From: Chiloscyllium plagiosum
Taxonomy: Eukaryota
Assembly: GCF_004010195.1 (NCBI RefSeq)
Contig: NC_057756.1
Coordinates: forward strand, 5,436,093 to 5,500,092
Length of the DNA: 64,000 nucleotides
Reading direction: 5' to 3'
Under the pieces are notes generated by a model. It did not search any database, had not been told where the DNA came from, and worked only from the letters and a program-made list of their open reading frames with translations. The translations under genes were made by a program, and so were the position numbers. Below, piece after piece: positions 35,961 to 49,200 of the stretch; position 1 is the stretch's first letter, and the number at the start of each line of letters is the position of its first letter.

Positions 35961-37054
35961 CTACAGTTAGAATAATAGTAATGGAAAAGTCATTAAATGG
36001 AATAAATTTTCTATTTTTTCCAGAAATCCAACAGCCCCAAATCCCAGCAGGACCGAGCGTGATCCTGTCCCTAACAGAACCAGCAGGCCTCCTACAGTGC
36101 ACACACTGCAGTGGTTCAGGAGGGCATCTCCTCACTACCTTCACCAGGGGCAGTGAGGGATGTGCAATAAATGCTGACCCACCAGCAACACCTACATTCT
36201 TCGAAATTAATTTATTTTCAAAAATCCACCAGTTTAGGTAACTGGCTGGCAGGTGGGTTGAGAAAAGTTGCAAAGGTTTCAGATTTTCAATATCGTGCCC
36301 ATAAGATCATGAGAAACAAGAACAGGAGGAGGCTGTTCATCACCTTGAGCCTTTCTGCCATTCAATAGGATCCAACATGCGTCATGTTCACTTTCCCGTA
36401 ATTCTTGAATCCCCAACTGATCAAGAATTTAACTCAGCCTTAAATGTACACAAGGACTCTGTCCTCCCATCTGTCTGTGGTCTCAGCATTAAACTGACAC
36501 CTGTCCATTCTGAGACTATGCCCAATGGTTGTTGACTCTCCCATGAGGAGAAACATCCTCTCAGGATTTAGCCTGTCAAACCCCTTAAGAATGCTGTATG
36601 TTCCAATTAGATCCCAAATTCTTCTTAACCCCATCTGAGTAGAGTCCTAACTTGTTTAGCCTTTGCTCAAATGACAATCCCCCCCCCCCCCCCGGGATCA
36701 TCCTAGCGAACCCTGCTCTAAGCTGCCTCTGATGAAAAGATATTTTTCCTTAAATAACGGGACCAAAACTGCTCTCAGTACTCCTGATGTAGTCTCACCA
36801 GCACTTTGTACAGTTGCTGTAAGCAAATACAGACAAAAAGCAGCTTCAGATGTTCAGTGTAAGGAAGGAACTAACATCAGATAAGTATCTCGCCCAATGC
36901 CCTACTACTGGGTGGTCTGCAAACCCAGATTCGTTCTCATCATGAATGTGAATGTGTTTGTGTCTCCAGTCTCTGCCCAATTTCAATGCTCATCTAGGTA
37001 ACTAACTCACCAGTGGTCATGTATGTCAAATGGGATGTCTCTGCACAAACTTAC

Positions 37055-37217
37055 CATCAAACAACGACTGCTTTGTACGTCACACAGCTGTATTTGGCAA
37101 TGAATGTAAATTCCACTTGAATCTCCAACAAACTGGAAGAGGCTCAGAGAAAAACGAGCGACAGTGGAGTGTCCACTTTCTTCAACATTTACTGAACTGT
37201 CGTGTACAGTTGGGCAC
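37055..37217 (-). CDS. ZP-domain gene: ZP-C exon 2
   Basis: (Q)CPTVHDSSVNVEESGHSTVARFSLSLFQFVGDSSGIYIHCQIQLCDVQSSRCLM; aatag and gtaagt boundaries, phase 2-0. Not in the ORF track. Confidence 0.92.
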
Positions 37218-37372
37218 CTATTTCACAGGAATAGTTAGTTGTAACGGTCTAATGGAAGCATTTGCTAAATCTTCTGTTGCTCTTCCACAGAAACCACTTC
37301 TAGCCTGCTCCTCCATTCCATAGGATCAGGTTGATCCTCTATTTCAATTCCTTGTACCTGCTTTCTCCACAT

Positions 37373-37712
37373 ATTAGATTAGATTAGATTACTTACAGTG
37401 TGGAAACGGGCCCTTCGGCCCAACAAGTCCACACCGACCCGCCGAAGCGCAAACCACCCATACCCCTACATTTACCCCTTACCTAACACTACGGGCAATT
37501 TAGCATGGTCAATTCACCTGACCTGCACATCTTTGGACTGTGTGAGGAAACCGGAGCACCCAGAGGAAACCCACGCAGACACGGGGAGAACGTGCAAACT
37601 CCACACAGTCAGTCAGTCGCCTGAGGCGGGAATTGAACCCGGGTCACTGGCGCTGTGAGGCAACAGTGCTAACCACTGTGCCACCGTGCCACCCAGTGGT
37701 TAGCACTGCTGC
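37373..37712 (-). mobile_element. HE1-type SINE with short 5' fold-back
   Basis: Reverse complement of the 2947 copy; (ttaga)n tail at left. Confidence 0.9.
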
Positions 37713-37797
37713 ACATACTCCTTGATGCCTTTAATATCTAAACATTTCTCTTCCTCTTTCCTGAATATATTCAATTTCAGTATGGGCAATTCCATAT

Positions 37798-38080
37798 GGG
37801 TGGCATGGTGGCTTAGTGGTCAATACTGCAGCCTCATAGCACTAGGGACCCAGGTTCGATTCCAGCCTTGGTAACGGTCTGTGTGGAGTTTGCACATTCT
37901 TCCTGTGTCTGTGTGGGTTTCCACCCACGATCCCAAGATGTGTAGGTAAGGTGGATTGGCCATGCTAAATTGCCCATTGTGTTCGGTGCATTAGTCAGAA
38001 GGAAATGGATCTGGATGGGTTACTCTTCAGAGGGAGAGTATGGACTTGTTGGGCTGCATGCCCTGTTTCCATACTGTAGA
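37798..38080 (+). mobile_element. Diverged HE1-type SINE
   Basis: Head, V-domain and tail recognisable, with deletions. Confidence 0.8.
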
Positions 38081-38396
38081 AATTCTTTAAACAAAAAAGT
38101 TCAGTACCCTCTGGATGAAGAAATCATAATGCTAAATGGTCCAACCAGTTTTCTGAGACTGTATCCCCGGTTTCCAGAACCCCCCACCCAGGCTGAACAT
38201 CCCCCTTGCATCTAGTCTGTCCAACCCTAATAACATTTTACACATTTCAATCAATCAATCAGTGGAGCCTTGTCCACTGTAATGAATACAGGGCCAGTCT
38301 AACCAATCTCTCCTCAGAACAGTCCTGCCATTCCCTGTATCAATGGAGTGAATATCTGCTGCACTCCCTCAGTGGTAAGTTGGTTAAAATACTCAC

Positions 38397-38645
38397 TGCT
38401 CAGTGATGAAGACCCAGTGAGTTGCTTGCTTTGGATCACTCCCAGGGGTCGCCCAGCAGTTCTTCAATGTCAGCACAAATCGACTGGCATCAACACCCGA
38501 CACAATTGTTCCGACGTAGATTTTACTGTTGATGTCCAGCACAACTGGGGTCTGGTTGAAGGGCTGGCTGTAACCAGAGTCACGATAAACTACCATCTTC
38601 GATTCAAAGAGCTTCTGACCACCTGGCAAGGTGATGTTTATAACA
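38397..38645 (-). CDS. ZP-domain gene: ZP-C exon 1
   Basis: (S)VINITLPGGQKLFESKMVVYRDSGYSQPF...IYVGTIVSGVDASRFVLTLKNCWATPGSDP...FITE; CWATP motif; phase 2-2. Confidence 0.93.
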
Positions 38646-39042
38646 CTGAGGAAAGCAGCAAAATGGAGGACGAGACATGAACAAAAACCCAGCAGTGAGT
38701 CAAACAACGAAACCAGAAGTTCTGGCAACCATCTCCACAACCCACCTTTCCCCAACAATCCTCCCTGTTCCTTGCATTCTAACCACTACCATCCCCCAAT
38801 CTCTGCCCTTCCTCCCTCTGCATACCACTCCCCCACATCCGTCCATCCCGCTCCCTTCCTCCATATCCCTACCTCTTCCCTCCCCCACATCCCTCCATAT
38901 CCTCTTGTCCAGCCTACAGTCTTCCTACTCCCCCATATCCTTCATCTCCTCCCTCAGATCCACGGTTGGGCCTTTATGCCTCACTCTGAGCTTGGCAGAC
39001 TGGAGTCACATGTACAGTAGTATCTAGGCTGTTAATGTAACT

Positions 39043-39137
39043 GATGAGAGTGTGGTGCTGGAAAAGCACAGCAGGTCAGGCAACATCCGAGGAGCAGGAG
39101 AATCGACGTTTCAGGCATAAGCCCTTCATCAGGAATC
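39043..39137 (-). mobile_element. Short Penelope-derived element with hammerhead core
   Basis: Minus strand reads ttc-CTGATGA-agggcttatgcct-GAAAC-GTC-gattc. Confidence 0.8.
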
Positions 39138-40053
39138 TGTGCTGTCTGGTTCTAAATTCACTTATCACCAGGAACAGTTTCTCCTCAACTACTGTAACCA
39201 GCTAGCTCAGGAGTTTGAAAACTTTATCAAATCTACTTAGTGTTCTGTTCTCCAAGCTAGGTCCTAACTTCCCAAATCTATCCTCAATTATTTGGAGGAT
39301 TGTGTTCAGTTCTGGGCACCTTACATAAGAAAGGATATTAAAGCCCTGGATTCAGTTCAAAAGGAGAATGAAGGATTTTAGATACGAGGAAAGATTAGAG
39401 AGATTGGGCTTACTCTCCCCGGAGCAGAGAAAATTAAGATATGACCTTTTTGAAGTTTTCAATATGATGAACAATTCTGACAGGGTAGCAAAGGATATTC
39501 TGTTTTTACCAGTTGGTATGTCGGTAACTCGGGGATTACAATTTCCAGATTGTGAGCGAGAGAGCTAGGAGTAGCCTTTATTCAGACAGGTGTCAGGATT
39601 CGGGATTGCTGTCAGGGAGAGTGGCAGAGGCTGAGTCTACAGGAGGTTCAAAAGGAGAGCTGGATATATATTTGAAAATGATGAACTTAGAGGGCAACTG
39701 AGATAGGGCTGGTGAGTGGGAATGGCTGGATAGCTCTTTCAGGAGTAGTACAGACATGATGGGTTGAATGGTCTCCTTCTTTACTGTAAAATTCTAAGAG
39801 TCTATACTGAAGTCTCTGATCCCTGAAACTATCCTTGTAAATTTCTTCAGCACTCTCTCCAATGCATTCACATTGTTCCTATAATGTAGTGCCCACAAAT
39901 GTACTCAATACACCTACTGAGGTCTAACAAGTGTCTTGAACAAGTTCCTTGCTCTTGTACTTTATGCCTCTATTAATAAAGCCAAGGGCACTATGCTTTA
40001 CTAACTGCACTCTCCAGCTGTCCTCCCACTTTCAATGATTCATGGAAACTTGC

Positions 40054-40217
40054 CTCTGCATGGTTGAGATTACCACTGACGAGGAGATATTCATGGTTAG
40101 GGGATAGGCACATGAGAATTCAATCGTAACATTCCGTTGCCTTGTGATGATTGCCCCAGAATCAGCTTCAGTTAGCCCTCTGATGGCATTGGAATAGATG
40201 AAGTGTGTGCTGTTCAC
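40054..40217 (-). CDS. ZP-domain gene: ZP-N exon 2
   Basis: VNSTHFIYSNAI...IITRQRNVTIEFSCAYPLTMNIS...MQ; acceptor catccag, donor AG|gcaagt (GC-AG intron), phase 0-2. Confidence 0.9.
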
Positions 40218-41459
40218 CTGGATGGACACGAGCAGAAACATATAGCCAACAGTCCATAGCTACCAAATCATTGACCTACTTCACATCAGCAATTCAAATT
40301 CTCCTTCGCAAAGCTGCAGCTCATAATGATAGTTCAGGGAATCTTCCTCATGTGGATCAGATCTGACAATAATTCACAGGATCTGTCCTCTACGAACTGA
40401 TCACTGGCAAGAAAACCAGTCCTGTGACTTGGGTGATGATTGAGAAGAGGGAGTCAGTTCATTTCCAACAAAGGAGCACCTCAGCTGGATCAAAGAACCA
40501 CCCCACTGACACCCAGCATTCGGTCTCAGACACCTCCAGCAAAGACAAGTACAACTGAGAGCAGTTCACATTTAACATCTGGGGATCATTTGCACAGGCG
40601 GTCTTGTGAGGCTAATGGGAAGTGTCCCAATCTCTGAGCCAGCAGGTTTTCCCAGTCCAGAACTTGATGGACATGGAAAGGGGTGTTCATAGTGAGGCTA
40701 AACAGGATGCCTTTCGACTTGTAAGTTCTTCAAATTCAAGCCAAGAACAGGAAATATTCTTGGTCACCTATAGGAGGGGAGAGAATTGAAGCCTCTCCCG
40801 ACTTTGTAACTCCTGGTGACAACATGGAGATAAATAAAGTTCTTTCCCCTGGTAGGAGAGGCCAAAATGAGAGGGCGTAGGTTTAAGGTGAGGACAAAGA
40901 TTTAAAAGGGACCTGAAGGGCAACTTTTTCACAGAGGGTGTAGTATATAGAATGAGCTGCCAGACTTGGTAGTGGAGGCTGGTACAAATACAACATTTAA
41001 AAAGGCACCTGGAAGACTTTAGAGGGATATGGGCCAAGTGGTGACAAACGGAACTAGAGTAATTTCGGATATGTGGTCAGCGGGTGTATGTGGACTACTT
41101 GACTCAGTTTCCTAGCTCGTGACATGGTGGTATTGTCATTGGCCCAATAACTCAGAGGCCCGGTCAATGTACAGAGGCTGTCATGGGTTCAAATCCCACC
41201 AGGGCAGCTGATGAAATTTCAGCTCAGTAAAAATCTGGAATAAAAAGCTACCCTCATGAGGACTGTGTAGCCACGGAGGATTATTGTTAAAAATCCTTTG
41301 GGATGACTAATGTGATTCAGAAAAGGCGATCTGTCATTACCCAGTCTGGTTTTCCACATAACTCCAGACCCACAGTGATGTGGGTGTCTTTTACTGACTT
41401 GACAATCAGGGATGGGTAATAAACACTGATCTCCACAGTCATGTCCATATCTGGTGAAT

Positions 41460-44400
41460 AGCTGTGGCTCGTGAGGTTAGTAGACCATTGGGATGCCCTT
41501 CTGGGGAAGGTGGGACCTGTAGGGGGAGGATGGGTTGCATTTAAACTGGAGGGCCACAAATGTCCTGGCTGGGAGGTTTGTTCATGTGGCTCGGGAGGGT
41601 TTAAACTAGTTTGGCAAAGGGGTGGGGACAAAACTACATATCTGGGGGCGGGGGGGTACTTGTAGATGGGGCAGTGACTGGATGTAGTGAATCTATTAGA
41701 AAGGTTTTTCATGTGATGAAACAAAAGGGGTCAGTTAAAGTGTGTCTGCTTTAATGCAAGGAGTGTCAGAAATAAGAATGATGAACTTAGACCATGGATT
41801 AGTACTTGGGATTGTGATGTTGTGGCCATAACAAGACTTGGATTTCACAGGGACAGGAATGGTTGCTAGATGTTCCAGGGATTAGAACATTTAAAAAGAA
41901 CAGGGAAGGTGGTAAAAGAGGAGGGGGCGTAGCATTGCTAATCAGAGAGTGCATCACAGCTACAGAAACGAAGGTCGTTGATGAAGGTTTGTCTACTGAG
42001 GCAGCGTGGGTGGAAGTTAGGAACAGCAACAGAGCAGTCATCTCATTGGGGGTTTTCTACAGACGCCCTAGTAGCAGCAGGGAGATTGAAGAACTCATAG
42101 GCTGGCAGAATTTGGAAAAATGCAGATGTAGTAGGGTTGTTTTTATGGGCGACTTCAACTTTCCCAATATTGACTGGAACCTCCTTAGTGCAGATGGTTT
42201 GGATGGAACAGTTTTTGTCAGGTGTTCAGGAGGGTTTCCTTACTCAGTATGTAGACAGCCATTTTGGATTTGGTGCTCAGCAATGAGCCAGGACAGGTGT
42301 CAGATCTCACTGTGGGAGAGCACTTTGGTGACAGTGACCATGACTGCCTCACGTTTACCATAGCCTTGAAGAAGGAAAGGAGCAGTTACCAAAGGAAGAT
42401 ATTTATTTGGGGAAAAGGAAATTATGATGCTATCAGGCAGGAGTTGGGAAGTACAGACTGGGAGCAATTGTTCCACAGAAAGGGCACAGCAGACATGTGG
42501 AGACTGTTTAAGGAGCATTGTTGTGAGTGGTGTACGAATTTGTTCCTCTGAGACAGGTAAGAAGGGGTAAGATTAAGGAACCTTGGATGACAAGAACAGA
42601 GGAGCTTCTCGTCTAAAAAGGAAGGCGGCAGCTTACATGAGGTGGAGGAAGCAAGGATCTAGCCCAGCTTTAGAGGATTACAGGCTTGCTAGAAAGGAGC
42701 TCAGAAATGAACTGAGGAGAGCCAGGAGGGGGCATGAAAAAGGTTTGGCAGGAAGGATTAGGGAGAACCAAAAGGCATTTTACTCAGACATGAGGAATAA
42801 GAGAATGATCAGGGAGAAGGTAGGGCTGGTCAGGGATAGTGGAGGGAACTGGTGCATGGAGTCAGCAGATAGGGGAAGGCCTAAATGAGATCTTTGCTTT
42901 GGTTTTCACAAAGGAAAGGGACCTTATCATGAATGAGAACTTTGAGGAGCTGGGATACAGTCTTGACGAGATTAAGATTGCTGGTGTTTATGTGCTGGAA
43001 ATTTTGGGAAACATTAAGATTGATAAGTCCCCAGGGCCAGACCAGATTTATCCTAGGTTGGTCCAGGAAGCGAGAAAGGAGGTTGCTAAGCCGTGGTGAG
43101 GATATTTGCCTCCTCACTCTCCACAGGAGTCGTACTGGAGGATTGGAGGGAGGAGAAAGTTGTTCCTCTTTTCAAGAAGGGTAATAGGGAAATCCCTAAC
43201 AGTCAGCCTTATGTGTGTGGTCAGCAAAGTTTTGGAAAGAATTCTGAGGAATAGGAGTTATGACTATTTGGAAAAGCATAGCGTGATTAAAGGCAGTCAG
43301 CATGGCTTTGTGAGGAGCAGGTTATGCCTCACAAATCTTATTGAGTTCTTTGAGGAGGTGATGAGACAGGTCAACGAAGGTCAAGCAGTGGATGTGGTGT
43401 TCATGGACTTCAGCAAGGTATTTGATAGGGTTCCCCACGGTAGGCTCATTCATAAAGTCAGGAAGTATGGGATAGAGGGGGATTTGGCTATCTGGATTCA
43501 GAATTGGTTGGCTGACAGAAGGCAGAGAGTGATTGTAGATGGAAAGTATTCTGCCTGGAGGACAGTGTTGAGTGGGGTCCCGCAGGGCTCTGTTGTTGGG
43601 CCTCTGCTCTTTGTAGTTTTTGTAAATGACTCGGATGAAGAGGTTGTGGGGTGGGTTAGTAAATTTACAGACGACACGAAGGTTGGAGGTGCTTTTGATA
43701 GTATAGAGGGCTATTGCAGGCTGCAGTGTGACATAGACAGGATGCAGAGCTGGGCTGAGAAATGGCAGATGGAGTTCAACCTGGATAAATGCGAAGTGAT
43801 GCATTTCGGAAGGTCAAACTCGAACGCTGAATATAGGATTAAAGACAGGATTCTTGGCAGTGTGGAGGAACAGAGGGATCTGGGTGTGCAAGTACATAGA
43901 TCCCTCAAAGTTGCCACTCAAGTGGATAGGGTTGTTAAGAAATCATAAGGTGTTTTGGCTTTCATTAGCAGGGGGATCGAGTTTAAGAGCCAAGAGGTTT
44001 TGCTGCAGCTCTACAAGTCCCTGGTGAGACCACACTTGGAATATTGTGTCCAGTTCTTGTCGCTCTATTATAGGAAAGATACAGAGGCTTTGGAGAGGGT
44101 GCAAAGAAGGTTTACCAGGATGCTGCCTGAGTTGAAGGGCTTGTCTTGCAAAGAGAGGTTGACGAAACTCTGACTTTTCTCTCTGGAGAGAGGAAGAGAG
44201 GAGACTTGATCGAGGTGTACAACGTAATGAGAGACATGGATAGTCAATAGCCAGAGACTTTTCCCCAGGGCAGGATTGACTGGCATGAGGGGTCATAGTT
44301 TAAAGGTTTTAGGAGGAAGGGATAGAGAAGATGTCAGAGGAAGGTTCTTTATGCAGAGAGTTGTGAATTCAATGCCAGCTGTGGTGGTGGAAGCAGAATC

Positions 44401-44555
44401 ATTCGGGACATTTAAGCAACTGCACATGGACAACAGTGAATTGAGGGGCGAGTAGGTTCTATTATTTTATTTCAGATTAGCAATAATCCTCAGCACAACC
44501 TTGTGGGCCGAAGGGTCTGTTCTGTGCTGTACGTTTCTATCTTGTGTTCTAATAA
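41460..44555 (+). mobile_element. Long CR1 LINE: ORF1 esterase tail, APE endonuclease, RT and 3' UTR (disrupted)
   Basis: EDGLHLNWRATNVLAGRF (ORF1 SGNH end); CFNARSVRNK, GGGVALLI, GDFNFPNIDW, SDH (APE); QHGF, GVPQGS, KFTDDTK (RT). Frameshifts and stops present. Confidence 0.95.
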
Positions 44556-44869
44556 AGAGATGAGTGTTCCAGACATGAGGTCCAAGTGCCATTCTGGCTG
44601 GAGTAGATTCTCCCACTTACCCCCGTGGTGGAGGCATCAGGGGTATTGAAGGAGTGATAACATTGAATTGAGAGGATCAGCCATGATGATGTTGAATGGT
44701 GGAGCATGCCTGATGGACCCAATGACTTAACTACGGCTCCTATTTTCAGTGTTTCTCTGGGGGAACTGTCCTGGCACTGTAGCTTAGGCTGACATGCAGT
44801 TTATCTGGCTGCAAGATGTCACTTGACCAGTAGATGGTAGTACTGCACCACAGACAATTCATTCTGAAC

Positions 44870-45676
44870 GTGTTCAAAGTTTGTGAGAAGATTTGTAGCT
44901 CGGGTGCTCGTTGTTGTGGTTCTGTTCGCCGAGCTGGGAATTTGTGTTGCAGACGTTTCGTCCCCTGTCTACGTGACATCCACAGCGCTTCTGTGATGTT
45001 TCCTCCGGCATTTATAGTGGTTTGAATCTGCCGCTTCCGGTTGTCAGTTCCAGCTGTCCGCTGTAGCGGACAACCAGAATTTGTAGCTCGGGTGCTCGTT
45101 GTTGTGGTTCTGTTCGCCGAGCTGGGAATTTGTGTTGCAGATGTTTCGTCCCCTGTCTAGGTGACATCCTCAGTGCTTACCAGAACGAAGGACCCGATAC
45201 CCAGCATGAGAAAACTAACGTCGTGTACAAAATCCCATGCAAGGACTGCACAAAACACTACATAGGACAAACAGGAAGACAGCTAACGAACCGCATCCAT
45301 GAACACCAACTAGCCACGAAACGACACGACCAGCTATCCCTAGTAGCCACACACACAGATGGCAAGCAACATGAATTCGACTGGAACAACACTACTATTA
45401 TAGGACAAGCCAAACAGAACAGCCAGGGAATTCCTAGAGGCATGGCACTCATCCACAAACTCCATCAACAAACACATCGACCTGGACCCAATATACCAAC
45501 CACTACAGCGGACAGCTGAAACTGACAACCGGAAGCGGCAGGGACAGGCCACTATAAATGCCGGAGGAAACACCACAGAAGCGCTTCACAGGAGGCTCCC
45601 AAGCACTGAGGATGTCACCTAGACAGGGGACGAAACGTCTGCAACACAAATTCCCAGCTCGGCGAACAGAACCACA
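44870..45676 (+). mobile_element. 5'-truncated Penelope-like retroelement: inverted pLTR pieces + GIY-YIG fragment + pLTR
   Basis: NVVYKIPCKDCTKHYIGQTGRQLTNRIHEH; pLTR at about 45510-45680 repeated inverted at 44910-45180; flanking direct repeat acaattcattctgaac (44854-44869 and 45677-45692). Confidence 0.93.
45603..45642 (+). ncRNA. Minimal type I hammerhead ribozyme in the Penelope pLTR
   Basis: GCA-CUGAGGA-U-[GUCACCU agac AGGGGAC]-GAAAC-GUC-UGC: catalytic core, stem II, GUC triplet and 3-bp stem I. Confidence 0.8.
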
Positions 45677-46235
45677 ACAATTCATTCTGAACTTAAACAT
45701 TCAACAAAAAAGTTTCACAATCGAGGTAACTAAATCAAAACAACACTATGCAGAATTCCAGTTTCCTTAATTAATAGAAGATAGAACATAGGACAGTACA
45801 GCACAGTACAGGCCCTTTGGCCCTCTATGTTGTGCCAGCCTTTTATCCTACTCAAAGCTGAGACTAACCTACATTGTACTATCTTTCATGTGTCTATACA
45901 AGAGTCACTTAAATGTCCCTAATGTCTCTGACTCTACCACCACCTACTGGCAGTGCATTCCACACACCCACTGCTCTGTGTAAATAACCTCCCTCTGACA
46001 TCTCCCATAAGCCTTCCTCCAACCACCTTCACATTATGCCCCCTCTTGATAGCCATTTCCACCCTGGGAAAAGGTCTCTGGCTATCCACGATCTATGCCC
46101 CTCTACATCTTGAACACCTCTATCAAGTCACCTCTCATGCTTCTGCACCCCAATGAGAAAAGACCTAGCTCTCTCAACCTTTCTTCATAAGCCATGCCCT
46201 CCAGTCCAGGCAGCATCTTGGTAAATGTCCTCTTT

Positions 46236-49200
46236 AGAACATAGACAAGTACAGCACAGAACAGGCCCTTTGGCTCACGCTGTTGTGCCGAGGTTTAATC
46301 CTAATTTAAAATATAATAACCTAACCTACGCACCCCTCAACTCCCTACTATCCATGTGCCTGTCCAGCAGTCACATAAATGTCCCCAATGATTCTGCTTC
46401 CACCACCACAGCTGGCAATGCACATCCCATGCATTCACAACTCCCTGCGTAAATAGCCTACCTCTGAAGTCTCCTTTATACCACCCTCCTAATATCTTCA
46501 AACTATGACCCCTCATACCAGTCAATCCTGGGGAAAGGTCTCTGGCTATTGACTCTGTCTATGGCACTCATTATTTTGTACACCTCCATCAAGTCTCCTC
46601 TCTTCCTCCTTCTCTCCAGAGAGAAAAGTCTGAGCTTATTCAAGCTGTCTTCATAAGGCAAGCCCTCTAGTCCAGGCAGCATCCTGGTAAACCTTCTTTG
46701 CGCCCTCTCCAAAGCCCCTGTATCTTTCCTATAATAGAGCGACCAGAACTGGACACAATATTCCAAGTGTGGCCTCACCAGGGACTTGAGGCACTGCAGC
46801 AAAACCTTGTGGCTCTTAAACTCGATCACCCTGTTAATGAAAGCCAAAACACCATATAATTTCTTAACAACCCTATCCACTTGAGTGGCAACTTTGAGGG
46901 ATCTATGTACTTGCACACCCAGATCCCTCTGTTCCTCCACACTGCCAAGAATCCTGTCTTTAATCCTATATTCAGCATTCGAGTTTGACCTTCCAAAATG
47001 CATCACTTCGCATTTATCCAGGTTGAACTCCATCTGCCATTTCTCAGCCCAGCTCTGCATCCTGTCTATGTCACACTGCAGCCTGCAATAGCCCTCTATA
47101 CTTTCAACAGCACCTCCAACCTTCGTGTCGTCTGTAAATTTACTAACCCGCCCCTCAACCTCTTCATCCGAGTCATTTATAAAAACTACAAAGAGCAGAG
47201 GCCCAAGAACAGAGTCCTGCGGGACCGCACTCAACACTGTCCTCCAGACAGAATACTTTCCATCTACAATCATTCTCTGCCTTCTGTCAGCCAACCAATT
47301 CTGAATCCAGATAGCCAAATCTTCCTCTATCCCATACTTCCTGACTTTATGAATGAGCCTACCATGGGGAACCCTATCAAATGCCTTGCTGAAGTTCATA
47401 TGTACCACATCCACTGCTTGACCTTCGTTGACCTGTCTCATCACCTCCTCAAAGAACTCAATAAGATTTGTGAGGCATGACCTGCCCCTCACAAAGCCAT
47501 GCTGACTGCCTTTAATCAAGTTATGTTTTGCCAAATAGTCATAAATCCTAACCCTTAATTCTTTCCAAAACTTTGCTGACCACAGACGTAAGACTGACTG
47601 GTCTGTAATTGTTAGGGATTTCCCTATTACCCCTCTTGAAAAAGAGGAACAACATTCTCCTCCCTCCAATCCTCCGGTACGACTCCCGTGGAGAGTGAGG
47701 AAGCAAAGATCTTTGCTTCCTTTCTCGCTTTCCCAATCAACCTAGGATAAATCTGGCCTGGTCCTGGGGACTCATCAATCTTAATGTTTTCCAAAATTTC
47801 CAGCACATCAACTTTATCAATTTCGATCCGGTCAAGACTGTATCCCAGCTCCTCGAAGTTTTCTTCATTAACAACAAGGTCCGTTTCCTTAATGAAAACC
47901 AAAGCAAAAAATTCCTTTAGGCCTTCCCCTATCTGCTCAGACTGCAAGTTCCCTCCGCTATCCCTGACCGGCCCTACCTTCTCCCTGATCATTCTCTTAT
48001 TCCTCACATGAGTAAAATGCCTTTTGGTTCTCCCTAATCCTTCCTGCCAAGCCTTTTTCATGCCCCCTCCTGGCTCTCCTCAGTTCATTTCTGAGTTCCT
48101 TTCTAGCAAGCCTGTAATCCTCTAAAGCTGGGCTAGATCCTTGCTTCCTCCACCTCATGTAAGCTGCCTTCTTCCTTTTGACGAGAAGCTCCTCTGTTCT
48201 TGTCATCCAAGGCTCCTTAATCTTACCCCTTCTTACCAGTCTCAGAGGAACAAATTTGTGCATCACTCACAACAACTGCTCCTTAAATAGTCTCCACATG
48301 TCTGCTGTGCCCTGTGGAACAATTGCTCCCAGTCTGTACTTCCCAACTCCTGTCTGATAGCNNNNNNNNNNNNNNNNNNNNNNNNNNNNNNNNNNNNNNN
48401 NNNNNNNNNNNNNNNNNNNNNNNNNNNNNNNNNNNNNNNNNNNNNNNNNNNNNNNNNNNNNNNNNNNNNNNNNNNNNNNNNNNNNNNNNNNNNNNNNNNN
48501 NNNNNNNNNNNNNNNNNNNNNNNNNNNNNNNNNNNNNNNNNNNNNNNNNNNNNNNNNNNNNNNNNNNNNNNNNNNNNNNNNNNNNNNNNNNNNNNNNNNN
48601 NNNNNNNNNNNNNNNNNNNNCAACCTCCTCATCCAAGTCATTTATAAAAACTACAAAGAGCAGAGGCCCAAGAACAGAATCCTGCGGGACCCCACTCAAC
48701 ACTGAACTCCAGGCAGAATACTTTCCATCTGAAATCACTCTCTGCCTTCTGTCAGCCAACCAATTCTGAATCCAGATAGCCAAATCTCCCTCTATCCCAT
48801 ACTTCCTGACTTTATGAATGAGCCTACCATGGGGAACCCTATCAAATGCCTTGTTGAAGTTCATACACACCACATCCACTGCTCGACCTTCGTTGACCTG
48901 TCCCATCACCTCTTCAAAGAACTCAATAAGATTAGTGAGGCATGACCTGCCCCTCACAAAGCTATGCTGACTGCCTTTAATCAAGTTATGTTTTGCCAAA
49001 TAGTCATAAATCCTAACCCTTAATTCTTTCCAAAACTTTGCTGACCACAGACATAAGACTGACTGGTCTGTAATTGCCAGGGATTTCACTATGACCCCTC
49101 TTGAAAAGAGGAACAACATTCTCCTCCCTCCAATCCTCCGGTACGACTCCCGTGGAGAGTGAAGAAGCAAAGATCTTGGCTTCCCTTCTCGCTTTCCGGA

